From Chlorobiota bacterium (lineage in GTDB: Bacteria; Bacteroidota; Bacteroidia; Bacteroidales; JAADGE01), in contig JAADGE010000009.1 in assembly GCA_013152535.1 (NCBI GenBank), positions 1,570-65,569 on the forward strand: 64,000 bases of DNA, given 5' to 3'. The notes under the pieces were generated by a model. The model was given only the letters and a program-made list of their open reading frames with translations. It did no database searches and was not told the origin of the DNA. Shown in pieces: positions 1 to 10,547 of the stretch (positions within the stretch are counted from its first letter, which is position 1; each line of letters begins with the position of its first letter). A program made the position numbers and the translations under genes.

Positions 1-1342
1 AATTTTCAGGATGTTGCTTGTAATACGGATGCTCTTTGTGAACGTGGTTTGCAACAAAATCCAGCAGTACATTCATATTATTTTCGTGAGCTGTTTTTAC
101 CAATTCTTTAAAATCCCGTTCAGTTCCGAAATGACTGTCAATCAATGTAAATGAAACGGGCCAATAGCCGTGATAGGCGGAAAATTTTGTTTTAGGTTTT
201 GCATTGTTTCCGTATGCACCGTCAACATTTTTTACTATCGGAGAAATCCAAATTGTATTAATTCCTAAATTTTGAAAATATCCTGATTTTATTTTATCAG
301 TTATACCTTTAATATCACCTCCGAAATAATTGGCTTTCGGTAAAATACGTTTGTCGGGTGTCGGTCTGTCATTGGTACTGTCTCCGTCAAAAAAACGATC
401 GATAAAAACATTGTAAATAGTTGCTGCTTCAAAATCGGTTCTTGTAAGTTGTCTGACGTGATTTACAACTTTGCCTTTTTCAAGCGGTATAAGCAAGTCG
501 TCTGAAAAGCCGGAATCATTAGCCGCATATACTCTGACAAATGTTCGGTTTTGGTCTCTTGCATCGCCCGGAATAATAATACGATATGCGGTATCCGATT
601 TTGTTATAAAATCACCGGAAAGCTCAAAATTTTTGTATAAAATGACAAGTTGTTTGATGTTATTTTTAAACCCGATAAATATTAAATTATCATCGGTTAA
701 TTTTGTGAAAATATAGGGTAATTCGGTGTTATTCGTTTTTCCGATTTTCATTACTGAATTAAAACCGCCCATTCCGTTACTTATTTTTACGGGATTTGCG
801 AGGTCGAGCATTTCTTTGCCGTCGGCGACAATAAGATATTGATAGTTGCCGGGTTCTGCAATAATTTCGGTTTTCCAAATTCCGTTTTCAAATTTTAAAT
901 TTGTATTATTAGGATTCCAAGCATTCATTTCGCCTTTTATCTGAACTTTTTTGTATTTTTTATCTTCCGGATTAAATGAGAACTCATATTTTATTTTTTC
1001 AGATTTTTTCAGTAAAATATCTTGTTCAATTCCGAGAAGATAAAATTTCAGAACGCTTAACTTAGGCAGACTGTCAGAAGTAACAATAATTTTTAATTGT
1101 AAACTGTCATCGGAAAGTTGAAGTTTAAGATATTTATTGGCAGTAATACTGTCGAATACATAATTTTCCGGAAAATAGTCTTTTATGAAAACTGTTGCAG
1201 TATCCGGATTAAGATTTACGGGACTTGCTAATCCTGTAATTGGTTCAATTTCCGAAAATTTGAATTCCCGGACATTATTTTGATTGTTGCAGGAAGTTGT
1301 AATAATAATTACGCTGATTAAGAGGAGAAAGATGTTTTTCAT
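1..1342 (-). CDS. alpha-amylase family glycoside hydrolase (GH13) lipoprotein; C-terminus lies beyond the window edge
   Basis: Not in the ORF track because it is open at the edge. Manual minus-strand translation from ATG (1340-1342) gives MKNIFLLLISVIIITTSC (lipobox). Further on it reads IDRFFDGDSTNDRP, GGDIKGITDKIKSGYFQNLGINTIWISP, YHGYWP and LLDFVANHV (GH13 region I, DxVxNH). The frame stays open to nt 2. Confidence 0.8.
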   Translation of the reverse strand, partial: MKNIFLLLISVIIITTSCNNQNNVREFKFSEIEPITGLASPVNLNPDTATVFIKDYFPENYVFDSITANKYLKLQLSDDSLQLKIIVTSDSLPKLSVLKFYLLGIEQDILLKKSEKIKYEFSFNPEDKKYKKVQIKGEMNAWNPNNTNLKFENGIWKTEIIAEPGNYQYLIVADGKEMLDLANPVKISNGMGGFNSVMKIGKTNNTELPYIFTKLTDDNLIFIGFKNNIKQLVILYKNFELSGDFITKSDTAYRIIIPGDARDQNRTFVRVYAANDSGFSDDLLIPLEKGKVVNHVRQLTRTDFEAATIYNVFIDRFFDGDSTNDRPTPDKRILPKANYFGGDIKGITDKIKSGYFQNLGINTIWISPIVKNVDGAYGNNAKPKTKFSAYHGYWPVSFTLIDSHFGTERDFKELVKTAHENNMNVLLDFVANHVHKEHPYYKQHPEN

Positions 1343-1404
1343 AAGAATAATATTAGTTAATATTTTTCACAATTAACCGAAAAATTTCCTGATAGGATAA
1401 AAAA

Positions 1405-3729
1405 TCAGTTGTTTTTTTGTCTTAATGCAATTTCGGTAACCGAATTTTGTTTCAATATTTGATTATTTCCGAAAATTAAAAGTTCAATATTTGAATTACT
1501 TTGATTTTCGATTTTTACAATACTTTTTAAAACCTCAAATTTTAATAAAACACCTCTGAAACCTATTTTAAACGAATAAAATTTCCATTGTTCGGGAATA
1601 AAAGGTTCGAAACTTAATTTATCATTTTTTACTCTCATACCGGCAAAACCTTTAACAATTGTCATCCAAGTTCCGCCCATACTTGTAATGTGCAAACCAT
1701 CTTCGGTGTCGTTGTTGTAATCGTCTAAATCAAGCCGCGAGGCATTTAAATAAAATTCGTATGCGAGCTTTTTATCTCCTATTTTTGACGCAAGAATTGA
1801 GTGAATACAAGATGATAGTGAACTTTCGTGAACAGTCATCGGTTCGTAAAAATCAAAGTTTCGACGTATGGTATCAATTTCGTAATCTTCTTCAAAAAAA
1901 TAGAGACCTTGCAAAACGTCTGCTTGTTTTATATAGCAGGAGCGCAAAATCCTGTCCCACGACCAATATTGGTGAATGGGGCGTTCGAGATGTGACAGTG
2001 CTGATGCAGGTATTAATTCTTTATCTGAAAAGCCGTCTTGTTGCAGGAAAACTTTTCGTTTTTCATCGTAAGGTAAATACATATTATTAATTATTTCCTC
2101 CCAATGAACTGTTTCATTTTCAACAGTAAAATTCGTTTTTTTAATAATTCTGTTATATTCTTCGGGATAATTTTCTTTAACGAAGTTAAAGCTTTCGATT
2201 GTGTATTGAATTGTCTTGCAGACAAGTAAATTCGAATACCAATTATTATTTACGTTATTTTCGTATTCGTTGGGTCCGGTAACTCCGAGCAAAACATATT
2301 TTTGCTTATTTTTTGAAAAATTAACACGTTGTGCCCAAAAGCGAGATATTCCTATCAAAACTTCTAATCCGTATTCGGCAAGATAATATTTGTCCCCGGT
2401 ATAACGAATGTAATCTTTTATTGCATAAGCTATTGCGCCGTTTCTGTGGATTTCTTCAAAAGTAATTTCCCATTCGTTGTGGCATTCTTCTCCGTTCATA
2501 GTAACCATAGGGTAGAGGGCTGCACCGTTTTTAAATCCGAGTTTTTGGGCATTCTCAATTGCTTTTTCCAAATGCTTGTAACGATATATCAGAAGTTGTT
2601 TTGCAACTTTTTGATCTGCCGTGCTCAGATAAAAAGGCAGGAGATAAGCTTCGGTATCCCAATAAGTGCTGCCTCCGTATTTTTCACCGGTAAAACCTTT
2701 TGGCCCGATATTAAGTCGCTCATCTTGACCTGTATAGGTTTGGTTAAGTTGGAAAATATTAAATCTTATGCCTTGCTGTGCAGCAATATCACCTTCAATA
2801 ATAATATCACCTTTTGTCCATTTTTTTTGCCAGGCAAGCTCTTGTTCATTTAATAATTTTTCATATCCTTTATCTTCGGCATATTCTAAAATTTCATAAG
2901 CAATTTTTGCAAGTATATTTTTTTCGTAATACATTGAAGAAGTAACAGCTGCAAATTTATAAATTGTTGTTGTTTTTCCCTTTTTTACGGGAAGTGTAAA
3001 CTTGAAAGCTGCATATTTTTCTTTTTCAATTTTCTCAAGATTTTCTAAAGGTGTACTTTTCCCGTCAAATTCTGTTTTGATATCGGCAGCAGTGCAAACA
3101 CGAAAGTTTGTTTTTTTAGTTTCGGAAATTACATAGGGCCTAACGGCAGTTGATTTTTCAATTTCAATCCAAAATTTTTCGTCATAATTTGCATCTTGAT
3201 TCGAAATATCGGCTCTTATATCTGTTAAAACTTCAATTTCTCCTTCAAAATTAATCGGTTCAACAGAATATTTTATTACTCCGAGTTCGTCATTCACGAT
3301 ACTTAAAAAACGTTTTGACTTGATTTTAATTTTTTTGCCGCTTGGGAATTCTGCTGTGTAACGTTTACGGAAATAACCTTTTTCCATATTCAAAACGCGC
3401 TTGAATTCCGTAATTTTACATGTGTGTAAATCTAATTTTTCACCGTCAACTTTAATTTTAATACCTGTCCAGTCCGGAGCATTTAATACTTTTGCAAAAT
3501 ATTCCGGATAGCCGTTTTTCCACCAGCCCACGCGTGTTTTATCAGGATAATAAATTCCGGAAATATAATTTCCGTGTAAAGTGTTGCCGCTGTAATATTC
3601 TTCAAAGTTTCCTCTTTGACCGATTTTTCCGTTACCGAGACTGAAAATACTTTCGGATACCTTATTATACTCCGGTAATAGCCCCTCTTCAATAATTTTC
3701 CAAGGGTCGTATTTTATATATTGTTTCAT
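1405..3729 (-). CDS. GH65 family maltose (or kojibiose/trehalose) phosphorylase
   Basis: 774-aa ORF. The N-terminus KYDPWKIIEEGLLPEYNKVSESIFSLGNGKIGQRGNFEE and the GVTGPNEYENNVNNNWY block are typical of GH65 phosphorylases. It is adjacent to beta-phosphoglucomutase. Confidence 0.85.
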   Translation of the reverse strand: MKQYIKYDPWKIIEEGLLPEYNKVSESIFSLGNGKIGQRGNFEEYYSGNTLHGNYISGIYYPDKTRVGWWKNGYPEYFAKVLNAPDWTGIKIKVDGEKLDLHTCKITEFKRVLNMEKGYFRKRYTAEFPSGKKIKIKSKRFLSIVNDELGVIKYSVEPINFEGEIEVLTDIRADISNQDANYDEKFWIEIEKSTAVRPYVISETKKTNFRVCTAADIKTEFDGKSTPLENLEKIEKEKYAAFKFTLPVKKGKTTTIYKFAAVTSSMYYEKNILAKIAYEILEYAEDKGYEKLLNEQELAWQKKWTKGDIIIEGDIAAQQGIRFNIFQLNQTYTGQDERLNIGPKGFTGEKYGGSTYWDTEAYLLPFYLSTADQKVAKQLLIYRYKHLEKAIENAQKLGFKNGAALYPMVTMNGEECHNEWEITFEEIHRNGAIAYAIKDYIRYTGDKYYLAEYGLEVLIGISRFWAQRVNFSKNKQKYVLLGVTGPNEYENNVNNNWYSNLLVCKTIQYTIESFNFVKENYPEEYNRIIKKTNFTVENETVHWEEIINNMYLPYDEKRKVFLQQDGFSDKELIPASALSHLERPIHQYWSWDRILRSCYIKQADVLQGLYFFEEDYEIDTIRRNFDFYEPMTVHESSLSSCIHSILASKIGDKKLAYEFYLNASRLDLDDYNNDTEDGLHITSMGGTWMTIVKGFAGMRVKNDKLSFEPFIPEQWKFYSFKIGFRGVLLKFEVLKSIVKIENQSNSNIELLIFGNNQILKQNSVTEIALRQKNN

Positions 3730-3849
3730 TGTTGAATATTTGAGATTTTGAATTAATCGAATGTTTGTTTTTTATTTTGGTAATAATATTTGCTTCATTA
3801 ATTCATTCAATTTTTTGTTTCTCCATTTCAATAACATTCTATAATTCAG

Positions 3850-4500
3850 TTAATTTATTAATTCAACTATTTTTCCAAAAGTTATTCCGTAAAATCCTTG
3901 CATAGTGTAATTTGCTTTGCCGAGATTATCAATTGAACCAATTCCTACACATTTAAATCCGCCCTTAATTGCTGCTTCAATTCCGGCTTTCGCATCTTCA
4001 AATACAATACATTCTTCCGGTTTCAGATTAAGAGATTGAGCACCTTTCAAAAAAACTTCGGGATCGGGTTTAGCTTTATTTACGTTTGTTCCGTCAATTA
4101 CGGTATCGAAATAATCGGTTAATTTTAATTGAGTTAAAATAGTCATTGCATTTTTACTTGCCGAACCGAGTGCAATTTTAATTTTCTTACTTTTTAGTTC
4201 TTTCAGAAAGTCAATTACTCCGGGTAAAATTTCACCGGGAGTCATTTTCATAATGTATTCCAGATATACTTTGTTTTTATTTTCGGCAAATTTTAATTTA
4301 GTTTCTTCGTTGAATTGCTTATTGCCGATTTTTAACAAAATATCAAGAGAATGCATTCGGCTGACACCTTTTAATTGTTCGTTATCTGATTTTGTGAAAT
4401 CAAAACCTAAATCGTCAGCCAATTCTTTCCAAGCAAGATAATGATACTTTGCTGTATCAACAATTACACCGTCTAAATCAAAAATACACCCTTTAATCAT
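3850..4500 (-). CDS. pgmB: beta-phosphoglucomutase (HAD superfamily)
   Basis: Motifs: IFDLDGVIVDT (DxDG nucleophile), KGVSR, GSASKN, FEDAKAGIEAA. I place the start at the ATG at 4498-4500 (MIKGCIFDLDG). The longer ORF-track start (4527) would overlap the upstream transporter stop at 4508. Confidence 0.85.
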   Translation of the reverse strand: MIKGCIFDLDGVIVDTAKYHYLAWKELADDLGFDFTKSDNEQLKGVSRMHSLDILLKIGNKQFNEETKLKFAENKNKVYLEYIMKMTPGEILPGVIDFLKELKSKKIKIALGSASKNAMTILTQLKLTDYFDTVIDGTNVNKAKPDPEVFLKGAQSLNLKPEECIVFEDAKAGIEAAIKGGFKCVGIGSIDNLGKANYTMQGFYGITFGKIVELIN

Positions 4501-4507
4501 CTTTTTA

Positions 4508-6004
4508 TTAATTATCGTCCTTAACAAAAATTACTAATACGGCGGCAATAATTAACGAAATACCTCCGAGAATTAAAGCATAAATTGCTTCTTCTTTAAA
4601 TACGCTTTTTACTAAAAAACCCAAAATGCTGGCGGCTAAAATTTGCGGTATTACAATAAAAAAATTAAAAATTCCCATATAAACACCCATTTTGTTTGAT
4701 GGTAAGGCTCCTGTTAATATTGCATAAGGCATTGCAAGAATACTTGCCCAAGTTAAACCGATACCGACAAAGGGAATAAGAAGCGTATTTGCATCCTTAA
4801 TGAAAAATATTGAAATAAAACTTAATCCGCCGATTAATAAAGCAATGGAATGTGTCATTTTACGGCTTGTTTTTTTTGCTAACCATATCAATAAAAAAGC
4901 AAATAAAGCTGCGAAACCGTTATATACGCCGAAACACACTCCGACCCAATTAGCACCTTCGTTATAAAGAGCAGAGGTTGTGTCAGTTGTACCGTAGATT
5001 TGTGCTGTTACTCCTGCGGTTGTGTATATCCACATAGCGAATAAAGCAAACCAGGAAAAAAATTGAACAACAGCGAGTTGTCCCATCGTTTTAGGCATGG
5101 CATTTAAGTCATTAAACACGGATACGAATCCGTTTTTATTTTTTGAATTTTGAAACCAAGCAGAAATTAATTCTAAAATGCCGAAAATCATTAAACCGAA
5201 AGATAAAATATAGACTTCTTTCTCTACTTTAATATAGTAAAAAACAGCTGTAAGTATTATACCGAGAATTACTGATATCATACCCAATTTTACAGATTTT
5301 TTAATTTGTTTTCTGCTGTCTTCTTCAATATCCGTTTCACAAACATCTTCAACATGGTCATCAAAAGATTGGAGTTCTTCAGGAGAGTATTCTTTTGTTC
5401 TGAATACGGTCCAAGCAACGGCACTTATGAAAATGATACCTCCGATATAAAATGAAAACTTTACGGAAGGCGGTATTTGTCCTTCTGCGGCTGTGTTGGA
5501 AATTCCGAACCAATTTGCCATCATATAAGGGAGTAAGGATGCGATTACGGCACCTGTTCCTATAAAAAAACTTTGCATGGCAAATCCTGTGGTTCTTTGA
5601 TCAGCCGGTAACATATCGCCTACAAAAGCCCTGAAGGGCTCCATCGAAACATTAATTGAAGCATCCATCATCCACAGCATACCGGCAGCAATCCACAGTG
5701 CCGGAGAATTCGGCATAATAAATAATGCGATTGATGCCAGTAAAGCTCCGGCTAAAAAATACGGTCTTCGCCGTCCGAGTTTACACCATGTTTTATCAGA
5801 GGCATGACCGATAATCGGTTGAATTATTAATCCCGTAACCGGTGCAGCAATCCACAGAATAGGTATGTCATCAATTTTAGCTCCTAAGGTTTCAAAAATT
5901 CTGCTGACATTAGCATTTTGCAGAGCAAATCCGAACTGAATTCCCATAAACCCGAAACTCATATTCCAAATCTGCCAAAAACTTAATTTTGGTTTTGTTG
6001 TCAT
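4508..6004 (-). CDS. MFS/GPH-type sugar (maltose/maltodextrin) transporter
   Basis: 498 aa with about 12 hydrophobic segments. Carries the GRRRPY loop motif typical of GPH/SLC45-like sugar:cation symporters. Operon context with GH65 and pgmB. Confidence 0.75.
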   Translation of the reverse strand: MTTKPKLSFWQIWNMSFGFMGIQFGFALQNANVSRIFETLGAKIDDIPILWIAAPVTGLIIQPIIGHASDKTWCKLGRRRPYFLAGALLASIALFIMPNSPALWIAAGMLWMMDASINVSMEPFRAFVGDMLPADQRTTGFAMQSFFIGTGAVIASLLPYMMANWFGISNTAAEGQIPPSVKFSFYIGGIIFISAVAWTVFRTKEYSPEELQSFDDHVEDVCETDIEEDSRKQIKKSVKLGMISVILGIILTAVFYYIKVEKEVYILSFGLMIFGILELISAWFQNSKNKNGFVSVFNDLNAMPKTMGQLAVVQFFSWFALFAMWIYTTAGVTAQIYGTTDTTSALYNEGANWVGVCFGVYNGFAALFAFLLIWLAKKTSRKMTHSIALLIGGLSFISIFFIKDANTLLIPFVGIGLTWASILAMPYAILTGALPSNKMGVYMGIFNFFIVIPQILAASILGFLVKSVFKEEAIYALILGGISLIIAAVLVIFVKDDN

Positions 6005-6294
6005 CTGTTTATTTTAATTATTTCAAGCGGTTATACATAGCCTTTAATTATATTTAAATTTTATTTCAGTAAATAATTTTTGATGATAATTTCCTGCTGT
6101 ATAACCGAATATTGCATTTTAAAAAATACGTAAAACATCTGTTTGTCGAATGAAAATTCAACTTTTAAAAGGAAAGAAATAATACTTGTTAAAATTAACT
6201 GCAATGCAAATATATATGAATTTATGAAAAATGCAAATTTAGGCAACTTAAAATAATTGTATTATTTTACTGTATATCAGATATAAACGAATAT

Positions 6295-6307
6295 TCAAAC
6301 GATTGCG
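6295..6307. promoter_or_regulatory. candidate LacI-family operator half-palindrome (TCAAACGATTGCG)
   Basis: Reverse complement of the GCAATCGTTTG core seen again at 7410-7420. Lies between the lacI-type gene and the transporter operon. Confidence 0.35.
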
Positions 6308-6311
6308 GAAT

Positions 6312-7325
6312 TTAAAGTTTTTTTGTGGAATTTCTGATAATTAGTTTTGTGGGAATTATTTTTGATATAATATCAGTTGTTTCGTTTTCAATTTTATTAA
6401 TTAAAATTTCAGCGGCAGAATAACCCATTAAATAACCGTTTTGTTCTACTGTTGAAAGTGAGGGAGACGTAATTTGAGAAATAATTCCGTTCGTGAAGCC
6501 GAATACAGATATTTCTTCGGGGACTTTAATTTTTAATTCATTTAAGGCACTTAAAGTTCCTGCAGCAGTCATATCATTAACAGTAAAAATACCGTCAGGT
6601 AAATGATTATTTTTATAAAGTTCGTAAGTTAAATTATAGCCTTTTGAAAAATTGTCGGCAGAATAAATCATTTCTTCATTAAAGGACAGGTTATTTCGTT
6701 TTAATGCATCAGCAAATCCCCACATTCTTTTTGAACTTATTTTTAAATTTTTGGGTCCGGCAAAATGAAGTAAGTTTTTACACCCTGTTTTTATTAAGTA
6801 TTCTGTTGCATCGTATGCTGCTTTATAGTCGTCAATAATTACTTTGTCTGTTTTAATGCCGTGGCAAGTTCTGTCAAAAAAAACAATCGGAGTTCCTGTA
6901 TTCAAAATATTACGAAAATGGTCAAAATTTTCTGTATCTTTAGTTCTTGAAACAATCATCCCGTCAACTCTTCCGGAAAGCAGTGTTTGACAGTTGTCAA
7001 GTTCTTTTTTTTGAGATTCGTTTGATTGTGTGATAATGATATTATACCCTTTATCTGCAGCAAGTTCTTCAATACCGCTGATAACTGTTGAAAAAAAGTG
7101 ATGAACAATTTGCGGAACTATAATTCCTATGATATGACTTTTATTACTTTGCAGACTTAAAGCGATAGCATTAGGTTTATACTTTAACTTATCGGCAAGT
7201 TTTTTAACCTTGTTTTTTGTTTCAATACTGATGTCAGGATGATCCTTTAATGCCCGGGACACAGTCGAAGCAGAAATGTCAAGGATTTTAGCTATATCTT
7301 TTATGGTAACTTGATGGCTTTTCAT
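6312..7325 (-). CDS. LacI family transcriptional regulator
   Basis: N-terminal HTH VTIKDIAKILDISASTVSRALKDHP plus a periplasmic-binding-protein-like sugar-binding core, 337 aa. Confidence 0.88.
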   Translation of the reverse strand: MKSHQVTIKDIAKILDISASTVSRALKDHPDISIETKNKVKKLADKLKYKPNAIALSLQSNKSHIIGIIVPQIVHHFFSTVISGIEELAADKGYNIIITQSNESQKKELDNCQTLLSGRVDGMIVSRTKDTENFDHFRNILNTGTPIVFFDRTCHGIKTDKVIIDDYKAAYDATEYLIKTGCKNLLHFAGPKNLKISSKRMWGFADALKRNNLSFNEEMIYSADNFSKGYNLTYELYKNNHLPDGIFTVNDMTAAGTLSALNELKIKVPEEISVFGFTNGIISQITSPSLSTVEQNGYLMGYSAAEILINKIENETTDIISKIIPTKLIIRNSTKKL

Positions 7326-7407
7326 CAGAGCTCTAATATAGATATTTTTTTTGATTTCATAAAGAAAAATTGTAAATTGTATATTTATAAAATATATTAT
7401 TGAGAAC

Positions 7408-7435
7408 TTGCAATCGTTTGCGAGAGCGTTTGCAT
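7408..7435. promoter_or_regulatory. candidate LacI-family operator (GCAATCGTTTGC, 10/12 palindromic) plus an extra CGTTTGC half-site
   Basis: GCAA-N-CG-N-TTGC symmetry at 7410-7421. CGTTTGC repeats at 7427-7433. Sits in the divergent lacI/susC intergenic region. Confidence 0.4.
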
Positions 7436-7573
7436 AAAGATAATGGGTAATTTCTTATGTGTGTTAATAAAAGTTAATTAATTTTAAGAATTTGAAAGTT
7501 AATAATATTCGTTTTTTATTATTAAAAAATTTAGCTGCAATTTTATTATTAAATTTAATTAAATTCTAACGCA

Positions 7574-10528
7574 ATGAAATTAAAAAAGTTATTTATTACG
7601 AAATTACTTCCTGTAATTCTTTTTGTTTTAGTCGGGTTCTCAACCTACGGGCAAAAAACAATTACGGGTACGGTAACCGGAACTGACGGCGAAGCCATTC
7701 CCGGTGTAAGTGTTCTTGTTAAAGGAACAACTACAGGAACAATGACCGATGCTCTCGGTAAATATTCAATAGCGGTTCCGAATGATGCAACATCTTTGGT
7801 TTTTTCATACATCGGTATGAAAATTCAAGAAAAAACAATTAGCGGTGATGTTGTTGATTGTACTTTAAGCTTTGATGAAACTGAATTATCAGAAGTGGTT
7901 GTTATCGGTTACGGTAAAGTTAAAAAAGAAGATGCTACAGGTTCTGTTCAAACGGTTTCTTCCGCTGATTTTAATCAAGGAAATATTACTTCTCCCCAAG
8001 AATTGTTAGTCGGTAAGAGTGCCGGTGTTGTTATAACAACTTCAGGCGGAGCACCCGGAAGCGGAGCAACTATTCGAATAAGAGGCGGCTCTTCATTAAA
8101 TGCTTCCAATGATCCGTTGATAATAATCGACGGTGTACCTATTGATAATAATGATGTATCGGGAAGTTCTAATCTGCTGTCACTTATTAACCCTAATGAC
8201 ATAAAAACTTTTACAATATTAAAAGATGCCTCAGCAACGGCAATATACGGTAACAGAGCTTCTAACGGTGTTATTATTATAACTACAAAAAAAGGAAAAT
8301 TAGGCAGTCCGCTGAAAATTTCTTATAACGGAAATATTTCTGTTGCATCAGCCATAAAATATATGGATGTTTTTTCCGGAGACCAATTAAGAAAAATTGC
8401 TTACGATCATAAAGATTTATATTCGGATGAAAGTTTTAATTCTTTGGGATCTGCTAATACAAATTGGCAAAAAGAAATATTCCGAACAGCAATTTCTCAA
8501 AATCATAATGTCGGAATTACCGGTTCATATAAATTTCTGCCTTACCGTGTTTCTTTCGGTTATACAGATCAAAACGGAATTTTAAAAAATACTGACATGC
8601 AAAGAATGACGGGACTTATTAATCTTAATCCGTCATTTTTAAATAATAGTTTGAAAGTTAATATTAATGCCAAAGGAATGAATACCGATAATAATTTCGG
8701 CGATCCGGGTGCTCTCGGTTCAGCGATAAATATGGATCCGACACAATCTGTTTATGATGTTGATTCCTTATCAGGCGGATATTTTCAATGGGAAAATTAC
8801 GGAGCTAATTTAGGAACGCCTAATCCGGTTGAGCAACTTTTGCAAGCCGACAATAAATCAAATGTAAAACGCTTTATCGGCAATATACAACTTGATTATA
8901 GTGTGCCGTATATTAAAGGATTAAAGGCTAATTTAAATTTAGCTACGGATTATACCGAAAGTGAAGGGCATAATAACAGACCTGCAACTTCTCCTTCTGT
9001 TTTAACCAGCCCGTTATGGGGAAGACTGTCAGATTACAGCGGAACAAATAAAAATCATCTTTTAGAGTTTTACATGAATTATCAAACAAATCTTGAAAAT
9101 ATAAAAAGCAAAATTGATCTTACCGCAGGTTATTCATGGCAGCATTTTCAACGAGACGGACAATCTTATACCAGAGGAATAGTTGATGAAAATCATCCTT
9201 ATCAAATGCAGGACAGTTCTGTTTTTGTAACGGAAAATTATCTCATTTCATTTTTCGGTCGATTAAATTATTCATTACTTGATAAATATTTATTTACTTT
9301 TACTCTCAGAGATGACGGTTCTTCACGTTTTGCAGAAGCTAATCGTTGGGGATTATTTCCGTCTGCTGCTTTTGCCTGGAAAATTAATGAAGAATCTTTT
9401 TTGAAAGATGTTGATATTTTTTCAAATTTGAAACTGAGATTAGGATGGGGGATTACCGGACAACAAGATATTGGAAATGATTATCCTGCTCAGGCAAGAT
9501 TCCTTTTGTCAAGCATAGGATCTTATTATCCGATAGACGGTGTATTTTTACCGACATTAAGACCGAATCCTTATGATCCTAATATAAAATGGGAAGAAAC
9601 AACGACTGAAAATATCGGTTTAGATTTCGGATTATACAAGGGGCGAATAAACGGGTCGGTTGATTTATATAAACGGGTTACTGATAATCTTTTAAATCAA
9701 GTAACAATACCTACGGGAAGTAACTTCTCAAATACCTTACTTACAAATGTCGGAAGTCTCGAAAATAAAGGGATTGAAGCATCTTTAAATTTTGTTCCTT
9801 TATCAAAAAAAGACATGTCTTTGGAATTTGGTATTAATTTTACGTATAATAAGAATAAAATTACGAAACTACTTATTTCTGATGATCCGGATTATATCGG
9901 TATTTTATACGGTGATGCTTTTACCGGAAAAAAACAGGTAACAAGAGTGGGGTATCCTGCATATTCATATTTTGTTAATCAACAAGTTTATGATACAGAA
10001 GGAAACCCTATAGAAGGTTTATATGTGGATTTGTCCGGAGAAGGAGGATCTGTTAACGGTAATGATGCCGATAAATATATTTATCATAATCCGGTTGCAG
10101 ATTATTTATTCGGATTTTCTTTCCGTTTTACTTATAAAGATTTTGATTTATCTACTTCTGCAAGAGTCAGTATCGGAAATTATGTTTATAATCAGGTTGC
10201 TGCAGGTGCTTCATACGATCAAATGTACCAAATCGGATATTGGAAAAATTTCCCGACAGCTTTAAGTAAAACAAATTTCATTAAAAGACAGTTTACCAGT
10301 GATTATTTTGTTGAAAACGCATCTTTCTTAAAAGTTGACTATTTAAGTGCCGGCTATAATTTTAAAAATATTATCAATAAAATAAGCGGAAGGGTTAGTT
10401 TTACCGTTCAAAATTTATTGATGTTAACAAAATACAGCGGACTTGATCCGGAAGTTAACGGAGGAATTGATAATAATTTCTATCCCAGACCGCGAACATT
10501 TTTGTTGGGTTTAAGTTTAACTTATTAA
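7574..10528 (+). CDS. susC: SusC/RagA family TonB-linked outer membrane protein
   Basis: Signal peptide, carboxypeptidase-regulatory-like domain (ITGTVTGTDGEAIPGVSVLVKGTTTG), plug region (VVVIGYGKVKKEDATGSV), 984 aa. Immediately followed by a SusD-like gene. Confidence 0.92.
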   Translation: MKLKKLFITKLLPVILFVLVGFSTYGQKTITGTVTGTDGEAIPGVSVLVKGTTTGTMTDALGKYSIAVPNDATSLVFSYIGMKIQEKTISGDVVDCTLSFDETELSEVVVIGYGKVKKEDATGSVQTVSSADFNQGNITSPQELLVGKSAGVVITTSGGAPGSGATIRIRGGSSLNASNDPLIIIDGVPIDNNDVSGSSNLLSLINPNDIKTFTILKDASATAIYGNRASNGVIIITTKKGKLGSPLKISYNGNISVASAIKYMDVFSGDQLRKIAYDHKDLYSDESFNSLGSANTNWQKEIFRTAISQNHNVGITGSYKFLPYRVSFGYTDQNGILKNTDMQRMTGLINLNPSFLNNSLKVNINAKGMNTDNNFGDPGALGSAINMDPTQSVYDVDSLSGGYFQWENYGANLGTPNPVEQLLQADNKSNVKRFIGNIQLDYSVPYIKGLKANLNLATDYTESEGHNNRPATSPSVLTSPLWGRLSDYSGTNKNHLLEFYMNYQTNLENIKSKIDLTAGYSWQHFQRDGQSYTRGIVDENHPYQMQDSSVFVTENYLISFFGRLNYSLLDKYLFTFTLRDDGSSRFAEANRWGLFPSAAFAWKINEESFLKDVDIFSNLKLRLGWGITGQQDIGNDYPAQARFLLSSIGSYYPIDGVFLPTLRPNPYDPNIKWEETTTENIGLDFGLYKGRINGSVDLYKRVTDNLLNQVTIPTGSNFSNTLLTNVGSLENKGIEASLNFVPLSKKDMSLEFGINFTYNKNKITKLLISDDPDYIGILYGDAFTGKKQVTRVGYPAYSYFVNQQVYDTEGNPIEGLYVDLSGEGGSVNGNDADKYIYHNPVADYLFGFSFRFTYKDFDLSTSARVSIGNYVYNQVAAGASYDQMYQIGYWKNFPTALSKTNFIKRQFTSDYFVENASFLKVDYLSAGYNFKNIINKISGRVSFTVQNLLMLTKYSGLDPEVNGGIDNNFYPRPRTFLLGLSLTY

Positions 10529-10547
10529 AAATATAAAAACATAAGAT

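Noticed and set aside
471-716. 81-aa plus-strand ORF from the track
   Set aside because: It is antisense to, and wholly inside, the edge-truncated GH13 gene, whose minus-strand translation has clear family motifs. The ORF itself has no motif or start context.
1761-3692. ORFs 1761-2090(+), 2446-2853(+) and 3483-3692(-) overlapping the GH65 gene
   Set aside because: They are antisense or out of frame relative to a 774-aa gene with strong family signatures. Their composition-driven sequences are hydrophobic and low in information.
4501-4527. Longer N-terminus (MLRTIINKK) for beta-phosphoglucomutase
   Set aside because: It would overlap the upstream transporter stop. The DxDG nucleophile motif normally lies within about 10 residues of the start, which fits ATG 4500.
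6061-6246. 61-aa minus-strand ORF in the transporter/LacI intergenic region
   Set aside because: Non-ATG start, AT-rich low-complexity sequence, and it overlaps the predicted -7 boxes and leader of the transporter operon.
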